Shown here: one piece after another, positions 52,701 to 64,000 of the stretch | How the letters are laid out: each line of letters begins with the position of its first letter | How positions within the stretch are numbered: position 1 is the stretch's first letter | Origin: Trichoplax sp. H2 | Taxonomy: Eukaryota | Assembly (NCBI GenBank): GCA_003344405.1 | Contig: NOWV01000003.1 | Coordinates: forward strand, 1,240,001-1,304,000 | DNA length: 64,000 bases | Direction of reading: 5' to 3' | Notes under the pieces: model-generated | Seen by the model: only the letters and a program-made list of their open reading frames with translations | What the model was told of the DNA's origin: nothing | Databases searched by the model: none | Translations under genes and position numbers: made by a program

Positions 52701-55700
52701 AATATAACTGTAGATAATATGCAGCAACTAAGATTCTTGTTATTTTTTCTTTGTTCATAATTTGATAAGATCGATCAACTACAATTATTAAGTAAATATT
52801 AAATAGGAGAAAATATCTAATTTGATCGTGTTTGCATTATTCTTTAGTTAATAATATTAAGATTATCAATTTATATAAAGTAATTATTTTTCAATAGTTA
52901 TTAGAAATATAAAGAAGAAAAACAGACTGATAAGTTCTGTTTGGATAAATCGAACATCTACACTGTTAACATAATAGAAAACATAAAAAATAAAATAAAA
53001 TTTTAAAGATAAAGTGTATGTGGATAAATAGTCGAAAAATTACAGATTAGAAATGTAAAATTTATTCTAGTTGATGAGAAAACTAGATTACTTCTTACCT
53101 ATTAACGGACGATATATTGATGCACGAAACAGTTAACACGAATAAGTGAGAAAGAAAAACACAGACAAGATGTAAACGCGTAAAAATGAAAGACACAGAC
53201 CAAGAAAGGCAGTGCAATGTATAGAAGTGATATTTCTGTATGAATATCTATGTTGTAACAATAAATTGATCAAGTTGATCCAGATAGTTGATGTTGTAAG
53301 CTTTACACGCCTTACCTTCTCTATTTCAATTAAATGGAATCGTAAAACTTGGATTGCTTGAATCACCTACAGCCAAGAACAAAACAATAATTCAATCAAT
53401 GCAATAAAAAGAAATTAAAGAAATATAATTACATTACAGAATCGAAATTAAAAATCAATCTCTTACATCATTAAAAAAAAACAATTAATCATTATTTTAT
53501 CCTGTTAACAATTGTTGTTATTCGCCAAGCAACAATTTATTATTGTTTAAAATAGATGGAAATGAATACTATTGTCATAATTATCAAAACACGTTTCTCA
53601 TTTTCGCCGTATTCGACCATGGAATACTTGATGCGATATTATTATCCTGCTCCACCGCAAGATCAGAAATTTAAATTTCAGTTACATTATATTGGTGTCT
53701 ATGATCATCTGTACAAATCTCAATGTAAAACTTAAATTAATATTTGAAAATTGGTCAGAAACATCTCTAACTAGACAATAAAATCTGTTCTAGTCAAAAT
53801 TAGAAATTATATGAAATCTAATCCAAAAACTCTGCTAGGAATGAAAAGACATAAAATTAATAAGAGATACAATATGTAACAAGCTTTAAATCTTACAGTA
53901 ATTAAGTTAATTCGGTTAGAAAATGCATCAGTTATCGTAGCAAGCGCATACACATAACGATGGAGGTAAGGGTTTATTTTTATCTTCCATATATTTAATC
54001 ATGTTGTAAAAACATAATAATTAAGATGTATAAAGCTAATGAAAGACAAAGAATGTAGAGTCGACTAAAGTTAATTTTCTCATACTTCGAAATTATCCAA
54101 ATTTTTTACAGATTCTTATTGAATTATCTATAAAATTATGTATTACTCTATTACGGTAACTTTAATTGTTACTATCCTCGTTCAACATTTCCATGAAATT
54201 TCATACCTTACAACAACAGCATTTATGAATTTATAAAGAGAATTTATTTCTAAAACAATGGACTACAATTTGACTGCGTAACTCTATTTAAGGTTGTTGT
54301 TTGAACTGTTTTATAGATTAAAGATAGAGTAAAGGGAGAGAGATTGCATGCGATAGTCATTACCGGATACTATCAGTATAAAAATATTCTTCTTCTTGAA
54401 TTAACACGTATCGAAATCTTAAAATGGATTTTAAATTTATATTAAATTTGAATGGTTATTAGGATATGCTGTTAAAGGTGAACGAGAATAGAATAGAAAT
54501 CTATCTGTCAAATGAAATGAATAGAATAAATCATCATGACATGCATCAGCGTTATGTCTTGACATGAAAAACAGCGGATATCATCTAAAAATTCGATGAT
54601 GTACTAAATAGTATAAATAGATGGCAAAATTGAAATAGACATAGGGTTCATCAGAATAATATTAATAATTGATGAAAAAAATTGTAAAAATTATATCCAG
54701 TTAATCTAACGGCGTAATATAGTTACATTATCTTCTCAATAATAAAGTAATCTTAAAAGCTATAAAGTCGACCCGATTTTGTATAAACTGCTTTAAAATC
54801 TCGATTCTATTTATTGCAATATCGATATACAAAACGTATAAGTAAATGCTTTATCATAAACAACAAGGAATATAATAGTCAATCTGTCATCATCAACTAT
54901 CTTGCAATAAGACATAGACTTGATTATGTGATTGAAATTTCAATACTGTAATAACAATGCGTCTTTCCTTGCCATTATTTTTATATAATTGTAAGATAAT
55001 AATTAGGAAAACGAGGGCGGATATCCTCAATGGGGCAGAAATAATTTAAAGTAATGCCAGTATAGGAATTAAGCTAAAAGCAAACAGATACAGAGATTTT
55101 TAATTACTGAAGCAAATTCTATTCGGTTGATCACGCTAATCATCCTGAAGAATTATTATCAGTAAAATAACTGAAAATAAAAAAGACAACATCCCTTATC
55201 AGTAAGCAGCTAGTCTACTGAAAGTCAACTAAACTAACTCAAGATAATTTTTGACTTGAAGGAAGTAAATGCTATCAAATCCATTTTTATGACCAACTGC
55301 TAGTTTATATTAGTTCAAAGTAAAATAAATTATTATATTCTTAGAAAAGTGTTACTTTTCAAGATGTTTATGTGATTCTACTTTGTAAAATTTGCATAAA
55401 TGCACATAAAATCAATCACTGGCTCAATTTAATAATCTTAAGACTAAAGAAAAAGTGTAAAAACTAAAATAAAATACTTAGATATTTGAATCATGTAATT
55501 TAATAGAGTTACAAAAGCTTTTGCTCTAATTATTTGCAATACGTATAAATACAATTCATTTTCGGTGTATTCCTTCAATATGAGCAAATCAAAAGTTTAA
55601 TTAAAAACCACATGCAATGTTGAAAGCTTAGAGTAATCTTATGCGGTAGTTACCATTCCATACTCACTTACCACAGTATCTAATTCTTGATCTGACGTAT

Positions 55701-58700
55701 AGAATGTTCTGTCTCCTTTAAACTAATTATGAAATAAATAAAAGGAGGAAGGATATTGACACAGATATTAATTTAAAGAAGAGTAAGTGCATAACTAATT
55801 CGGATTATCGATAAAATGCACTGTCATATTTACTTTGGCTACTTTCAAAAGTTAATAGCTATAACAATCCAACTTTCTTTGGAAGGTATTACTATTGTAT
55901 TTTGTTCAGCCATAACGTAACACAAATACTATTTTAACTACCGGCATTTATGGCATATTATTATTTTATGACGTATGCTTTGCAATATATTAATAATTAC
56001 AGTATTAATTTAACTGGCATCTTTTTTACGAATAATCATTCATTGCTGGTAAAACTGATATAAATTAAAGAATATATGTACTATTTTAATTAATTTATAA
56101 ATTGATCTATATACCCAAGCTATTTAATAGCACATCTATCAAACTACATTTACGTTAAAATCCAAATTAGCTAATTCAATTAAAAAAGATGCTATCCAAT
56201 AGATGCATCCTCAATTACATTACTCTTATCATACAGATTGAATGATGCTTATCTATTTGTTGTTCATCTTATAAGTTAAAGCTATACTTCAAAATATAAC
56301 TTTTTGATAGTTATATTGATATTACGTTATGTTAGAATTTAATCAATGCTTTCAATCAAGGCAAGAAATTTAAGATATATCACATTTAAGTTATGGTGTA
56401 TTATCGAAACATTAACGTTTTTCGAAGAGATTGCCACAGTAGATATATACTCGTGAAGAGAAATATATGCATGCGTAGCATATACTAATGATATTATACT
56501 TACAATCAAAGAAAGATTCGGACAACTATTTTAGTAGAGAATCAGGATAACGTAGGATGCAAGTATAGTTATATTTAGCAAATGCATCGTCACACATGTT
56601 ATTAACGATGAGAATTTTATAAGTGTACATAAAAAGATTATTTATTTATTTAACGAGTGAGTAAGCTCGAAGGTCAGTTTTTGTATTTATTGTTACTGCC
56701 TTCGTAAAATCATGCTTATACTAATATAGTTTAGGCTGTATGTTAAGGCTATTCGTTGTTAGACTTTAGAATATATTGCTGGTAACTTCGTTACTTAATA
56801 TTGCATCCATTCGTGCATTCATATGAGGATGTACGAGCATCAAATGTACAAATTCAAGGGAAGTTTCATAATTGGAGGACCTTTGGTCTAGATTCAAGAA
56901 GAGATTTCACTCTTGCGTATAAAGAGTAGTTGGAAATAGTAAATGCTGCGCTAGTAATTTTAATATGAGGCTTGAAAACATTCTTAAATTCGACTCAAGA
57001 ACACAAGGATAAAATTTTCGTTTCCGTCTTTTGCTCGTTAAATGAGCAATTCTATTTGAATTTTCTTAGTAGCGAAGCTTATTAATTCAAAATGTTTACC
57101 TATTAGATGAACTGTATTCTAAATCCAAATTTGTGAACTAGTGTAAAAAGGTCAAACTGACATCCTATGATTACAGTTTTAAATTTCTAGTTGTTCTACG
57201 TATCTAAATTTCTTCTCATGAGATCGGGTAAGATCTAGTCAATTTGTTAATACTTTGCTTAACGAATTTATGTCTTTTGAGAACTGAACATAGTACATTT
57301 TAGAATCTATAATGAAAATATTTCGCTATCCTGGACGAAAATAGTCTAATTCATTTCCTTTCTTCGATATACTAATTAACATAATAAGAGATATACATAC
57401 TCTAAATTTGCTACTGTTTAACTAATAATTGGTGCTGCGCTATGCAATGAATTTTCATCATTCTTAAATTAGATGTTACTAATAAGATGTTTCATTTCAA
57501 ATTTGATATAGCTATGCGTATAATCCAATATACGCGTACAGGCGGAAACAAGGTTCATATGCAATGTATACCCATGAAGGTTCTCTTCTAAGTTGATTGC
57601 CGTTAAATCTTGATTATATACTGTAAACTACAATATACTGAAGGTGACAACTTACAGAGTACTACCGTTATAGATCAACAGAAATAAAGAAGAACCGTTA
57701 CGATATTAGCTTGAAACTTCAAAACATAGATTGTCCGTAGTGATGATTTGAAATTACCTTTCGACCATGTGATTTATGAAGACGAAGCAGAAATGGTTAT
57801 ATTGTAGTTCTGACAATCAGTCATTACATTTACACAGTTATAGATATGTGCAGTGCTTCCAATAGCTATACTTAAGTTGCATGTTATTAAACGAATTATG
57901 GTGTAGTAATATGCATAATCAAGTTCAAATAACGTAAGTGACAAAGATGTCCGTAATGTACAGGGCAAGTTGACGTTATATTTACATAATGTCAAGCAAT
58001 TCTGCTCTTTCCTATGACGAATACTAGTATTTTCACTTTCTTAGATAGTTGAAATCTGTCATGAATTGTCCGATTTACCTTTATTTACGGGTTATAGGCT
58101 AGATACCTGATTGGTAAGTCATTAAATCAAACCCCATCAACCTGAATGACTACCCAATTACTAAGATTAAGGGATAAATGTAATTGTATTCAGTAATGAC
58201 TTTGCCTAAGCTACAGTAAATATAGATAAAATAACATTTCTCACAAATTGCACTTATACTTATGAAGCTGCTTAAAATCTTAAGTGTACGAGTTATGTTT
58301 ATGAGATAGTATTAACTCTATCGATAGCATTTACTGCAACACTGCTCAAATTCCAGCTGAATGATTGTAATTACGGTAGGATATCTATTGTGAAGCTGTC
58401 TTGTATTGAAATAATGACGTTATTGGTACCCAAATTTTTAATATTACTGGTCCTTGCTGATGAATTTTACCATATTCAGATACTAAAGAGAATTAAATGG
58501 TAGAGTTACCACTATAATGAAAAATCACATTAGTTCTTCTGCTGTCGATTGTTACTAGAAAGCAAATAAATTATAGTAGCTATACAAATTTATCGGTGCA
58601 GCTTCTAGAACTTATTCTATATTAATATCAGCACTACGTAAAAGACAGTAGCATCCACAATTAAAAATAAACAGTGTACCGAAACTTAGCTCATTCAGAT

Positions 58701-60543
58701 ATGACTAAAAATTTTAACAGTCAGTATAATTATAGCAAAGACATAATCAGAACCAATACTAAAATAGTAAAATATCATTCATTTGGGGTAGCCTAATGCA
58801 AATCAATATCATCGCTAATTAAACGAATGATAGAAAACTAATAAAGGTCTATATAGAATAGAATATAATCAGTAGTACTAATATTAACTGTAAAAGTAAC
58901 TGCCAATCCATACAAAATGAAAACTTCGCTTATTTAGATAATAATAATAATAATTATAGCAGATGACGTATCAATCTGCTAGAATGAAATATAATATCAG
59001 TTAAGCATTTATGTCAATTAGTAATGTATCGAAGTGATCATTTTATTATTTGTAGCGGCTTGCAAACTATCTCCTCATACAGAAATAATTACGTCAACTG
59101 CATATGAGATAGTGTAACCCTACAGCATGGGTTCCTACTTAATACCAATTATATCCCACCCTAATATTAGATTGAATAAAAACGTAAAATATAAAGTATA
59201 AAAGAGCGAAGGATAATAAATACTACCAACCTAATCTCCTGTGTCAATCAATAATGCCCTTAAATGATTATTATAATTATCATTGTTATGCGTCGAAATG
59301 ACCGGTAAAACTATTCTAATGTGTCANNNNNNNNNNNNNNNNNNNNTGCACGCTGATCTACCGTAACTACCTCACTGTACTTCACATTACTAACCTACAA
59401 TAAAGCATAACTTTTATAAACCCTTTGTTGTAATAATTGTAAATGGCGACTAAATCTCAATCCTCTGAGATATCGAACCCTCTATCACAGTAACCGTACA
59501 GCATGGGTTCCTACTTAATACCAGTTATATCCCACCCTGATATTAGATTGAATAAAAACGTAAAATATAAAGTATAAAAGAGCGAAGGATAATAAATACT
59601 ACCAACCTAATCTCTTGCGTCAATCAATAATGCCCTTAAATGATTATTATAATTATCATTGTTATGCTTCGAAATGACCGGTAAAACTATTCTAATGTGT
59701 CATTTTGAAATAGAAATATCAATTTCGGGATGACAGAAAGTAATAGTAAAGGCCCTGTATATGCTAGAACCAGTTTATAAAAATCCAATTATTGGTAGCT
59801 CTAACAGTTATCGTAATAGGTGTAATAAATTGCCAGGATTAAATATATTGGTCTAAGCTATCATATCTATCTGTATCTTTATTAGATTTCGATAATTTTG
59901 TTATATAATCAGGAAAATCGTTCTGTATAATAGTTGCACTACGTCTGAAGTAAAATATCAAAATTATCTTTTGCGAGAAATGTCAACTGGCTAGCCTAAA
60001 TGCTATCGAATGCTTAATGATGATGGAATATTGCCAGAAGGGTGAAAAAATTATCAATCTTTTTTGTGTGCTACAATTTATGTCTGTATGCATAATTATA
60101 TATATATATATTTGTCAAAAGTAAAGTCGACATATTTTTTAATTATCAGGAATTCTACCATTAACAAGCACGTGATTGAAATGACAAATCTGATTTCCTT
60201 TCCACACCCCATCTTAACCTTTGTACTGTTTGGTGTAAAAGCTGATTCAACTGGTCAAAATTTAAAAATTAGATACTAAACTCGCTTAATTTTTTTAACT
60301 TAATTTGACCTCAAGTTATAGGATTTTTTACTGGATTGCTATTATTTCTTTACTTAATTAGCAGAATGCCAATCATAAATGTATTTCTTTCTATTACTAA
60401 CCTGCTTAGCAAAAGATGCAATATCTTCATTAAAGGACGAAGCGCTACAAACATCGTTGCCAATGGAACTAGAATGACGTGGTGAAGCTGTTGCCAATTC
60501 ACATTTTTGAAATATAATTGCTAGCAAGTTGAACAATGGATGG
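40785..60543 (-). CDS. Meis: Meis/homothorax TALE homeobox protein, 5'-partial. Exons 60543-60402, 55722-55672, 53366-53316, 46080-45919, 43694-43610, 42692-42574, 42306-42230, 41325-40785
   Basis: MEIS domain [18 protein letters not shown]...[65 protein letters not shown] homeodomain [70 protein letters not shown] is Meis-type rather than Pknox ILQPM. I found no upstream exons in the window. Confidence 0.93.
59114..59702. other. Near-identical 213-bp duplication (59114-59326 vs 59490-59702) around a 20-N gap; probably two alleles assembled in tandem, with a unique 143-bp insert end (59347-59489)
   Basis: The copies differ by only a few substitutions and the left copy ends exactly at the gap. 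Confidence 0.75.
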
Positions 60544-62857
60544 CTAAAAAATTTATATATATAGAAATAATAATTTTTACTATGCCCTGAAAATATGACG
60601 ACATTAGAATTAGAAAAAATTTTTGTTAAAGCCGGTGAAATCAATTTAAATATGCATTCACAATGGCGAAAAGAGATGCCGCTACTTATTACGAACTATG
60701 ACACATAATCAATAAAAATGTCTTTATAAATGGATGAAGAGACTAAGCGAATTTTATTGTAGCCAAGCAACTTTGAATACTGAATACTGTCAACAGATTA
60801 GGCAAGTCCAAAGTACATCTTCATTCATTATCCTCTATAAAGTATTTTTCAAATTATTTCTTTGATATTTCATATTGTCTTACAATTCTATAATCTACTC
60901 GATTTTCTTAAAATGGTATTTTAAAAGTAGTAATAACCAAAGTCTAATTCTTTTCTTAGCTATTATGTATTGAGATAAAATTTATTCCCATTATCATTAC
61001 AACATGACATCATTTTAACCTTTGGATAATGATTACTGTGATGATATAGCAAACAGGAAATAGAAGAAATTACTAATTGAATTCAATAAAGACCATTTAG
61101 TGAACCCAAGAATGATATCACGTAAAGATGAATTATAAAATATGTACAGTTAAAAATTATCCTTGCTTGATAACAGAGACAGATAAACTAACAAATTCTA
61201 GTTGAAATCACTGGAATAGACCGTGCGATAACTATCCGTAGTTTGATTATCTTTAATAATTATAAATAAATCGATCACCAGATGTAATTAAAACCGTATA
61301 ATATTCATTTATGTTAAGAACAGTTTTGATTTTTGACTGAACGGTCATTAAAATGTCTAAGTTTATCCTTATTGCTTAGTCGACTGTGGAAGTTCTTTGT
61401 AGTGATTACAGTTAAAGTCGTATATGTTGTAGCTGATAGCAAATAAATTGTAATCAGATAATAGGTATGGTATAATTCCTTTAATTGATGTTTTCAATTC
61501 TATTGGACAGTCTATCACTACTTTACGCTAATTGCTACTCGTCTTGCTTTTTAAAGATTTGATAACGAAGAAAATAACTTATTACAATTATGTCTAGGCA
61601 TATCGGTATCGCTATGTTTGTACGGCAAATGCAGACCTTATGCTGCGTATCGATAAATCATTAAATCCGCCGACGATAGGTAAAAATAAACGCATCGTTT
61701 TAATCATCTATAAATGCTGATCTCACGTACTGTAACGATTTCAGCTAATTGCAGTAATACAGTAGGTGACTAATAGAATGAGACAGCGCACTTGCACTGT
61801 TTTTAGTGTAAGGCTGTTATCCTCCAGTTAAGGCCGTATCTGATAGCCAAGTATATACAATAATAGCAGCAGACTATTACTCAGTCTTTATACGTAATAA
61901 TAACAATCTATTTCGGCTTAAATGCATCACACACGATAAAGTTATCATGATGAGGTGAAAATATATTCAACCGAATTTCAGTATTTCCAATTTCATGAAG
62001 GACTGGCACCATACCTTTACATTTATATCCGTATATAACAAGTATTGCTAGATATTATTTTATCTTTGTACGAAATCTCTACAGACCGAAATTTGTCTTC
62101 AACTCCTTGATTTATTTTTAATTAAATGTAGAATTTAGGCTTGCGCCCTATATCGGTGTGATATAAGCTACTAAGAAAAACTTGATAGGTGGATATCGTA
62201 ATTTTTAATATTATCCTGGGTTTTAATTCTATTTCGTTACGAAAGCATTGGTTGAGACTCTTGACAATTAAAATGTAGAAAAAATATTTTTCAAACAGGG
62301 TATCGGATGAAAAAATGACTTATTTTATTACTAAGTTGCGCTTTTTAATTAATAATTTTATCACACTGTATTTACCTAGTTAAGATCTCGATAAGTGATA
62401 TATCTAATATAATCTAGGCATTTTCTCAGATGTAATGATACCGTGCAATGGTTATGCACAAAAGTCGAAAAGTTGATAATTAAGGTAATGTGATTCTAGC
62501 ATGTCAAAATACGTTTTGTCATTATATGGAGGATAATACAATATCTGTTAGCGAATATAAGATTGGTAATAATTATATTTGCCAGATCGAAAGACATCAA
62601 CATCGTTATCATGTCAAATCTGTACTAGAAATCTTATTGGCACCCTACTGTCACATTAAAGGAAAGTACTCATATTTTTCACTTAACAAATACACAGCCA
62701 TCTTTAATACATTCAATGACAGCAGAAAAAGTACAGTAAGTCTTCTGTATTTTAAAAGTCTTAGCACAGTGAACATTCATTAGAGTTAATAAAACTATGA
62801 TCAAGGTAGCTATAGTTAAAGTTTCTAACAACTTCTATGTATTATTACAGATGGCGT

Positions 62858-63945
62858 TGTCACGGTACGCCGTTACTAATTAAGTAACTGTAAATTAATG
62901 AATGCTTATGAATAGATAAGATAAGGTTATGTGCTATGTTTTAATGCGCTTGTAGCTGATAATAGGATGGTAGAAATGAGATAAAAATAGAAGTTGTTAG
63001 CAGTTAATTTACTGTAGGTTTATAAGTTGTGTTAATCTCTAAAAATTGAGCTGTATATGGACGAAGGTTAAGTGTCTTAACACCTGATAGCTTGTAGCTA
63101 TCTAAGTCTGAGGATATCGACATGTATATTTAGTAATGGTATTATACTAATTAATGTAACTTGCAAAGCATGAATTCTCACTCGTTAATATTGGAATTCA
63201 CTGTAGAAACCTATTTAAGCGCGTGTGTTTGTNNNNNNNNNNNNNNNNNNNNCAAATACACAGCCATCTTTAATACATTCAATGACGGCAGAAAAAGTAC
63301 AGTAAGTCTTCTGTATTTTAAAAGTCTTAGCACAGTGAACATTCATTTGAGTTAATAAAACTATGATCAAGGTAGCTATAGTTAAAGTTTCTAACAACTT
63401 CTATGTATTATTGCAGATGGCGTAAAAACTATTAGGTAATTTATATTTGCTACTACTATATTAAGCCTTTATACTAATAAAGTAACATCTTCGCTACATA
63501 GTAAATACTGCATCATGCAATAAATTATTTAGATAGTGACATATAGTCCAAGTACAGTAGATATCATCGTACACANNNNNNNNNNNNNNNNNNNNAGCTA
63601 TCTAAGTCTGAGGATATCGACATGTATATTTAGTAATGGTATTATACTAATTAATGTAACTTGCAAAGCATGAATTCTCACTCGTTAATATTGGAATTCA
63701 CTGTAGAAACCTATTTAAGCGCGTGTGTTTGTAGAATAAAGTAAGTAATTGCTCAAGAAACGGCAAGACTCATATCGTGAAGAATAGTGTAATAATTAGT
63801 CAGTTGTCTGTGGAGATCAGCCGAGAAATCGAGTTCTCAAATACTTCTCTCATAGAAACTGAAAGTACTGGGAGAAATAGCCCAAGTTTTAAGTAACTAC
63901 ACTAGAGTTCTTTACTTTCCTTTGCCACAAGTGAGGGTTGTGACA
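62858..63945 (+). mobile_element. LTR-retrotransposon LTR (about 590 bp when the overlap is merged) with 5-bp TSD GGCGT; split by two gaps, with the empty-allele contig (63253-63575) between them
   Basis: ggcgt|TGTCAC (62858) ... GTGACA|ggcgt (63945). 63096-63232 is identical to 63596-63732. AATAAA at 63735-63740 suggests + orientation. The empty site with a single GGCGT is at 63419-63423. Confidence 0.8.
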
Positions 63946-64000
63946 GGCGTAAAAACTATTAGGTAATTTATATTTGCTACTACCATATTAAGCCTTTATA

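Noticed and set aside
47682..59250. TGATTGAC (Pbx-Meis-like) octamers on the - strand at 47682, 49133 and 59243 as autoregulatory sites
   Set aside because: None is the full TGATTGACAG decamer, the count is close to chance for AT-rich DNA, and the octamer also occurs outside Meis (about 5016 and 20514).
62490..63397. ORFs 62490-62783, 63161-63355 and 63215-63397 as duplicated genes
   Set aside because: They arise from allelic duplicate contigs and N-gaps; no protein features.

Overview
Eukaryotic, AT-rich, intron-containing genomic DNA from a compact early-branching animal genome. A placozoan (Trichoplax-like) source is my inference from composition, short introns and gene content; it is not proven. 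I hand-spliced seven protein-coding genes, and all exon chains stay in frame: the 3' part of a Delta-type Notch ligand (+), a PKC-epsilon-like kinase apparently lacking its C2 domain (-), steroid 5-alpha-reductase SRD5A with a GC-AG intron (+), WDR92/DNAAF10 (-) head-to-head with a mitoribosomal mL59/mL64-family gene (+), CDIN1/C15orf41 (+), and most of a long-intron Meis TALE homeobox gene (-). There is one tRNA-Ala(CGC). Non-genic highlights are a decayed Helitron Rep fragment with a 3' hairpin, two 25-36 bp hAT-like elements with 8-bp target-site duplications, and (CAGTA/TACTG)n tracts concentrated upstream of the housekeeping genes. In the Meis region, an LTR insertion with a 5-bp TSD is assembled next to its empty allele, and a second gap may hold a similar case. 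The gene set (CDIN1-Meis tail-to-tail, WDR92, PKC-epsilon, SRD5A, Delta) echoes the human MEIS1 (2p) and MEIS2 (15q) neighbourhoods.
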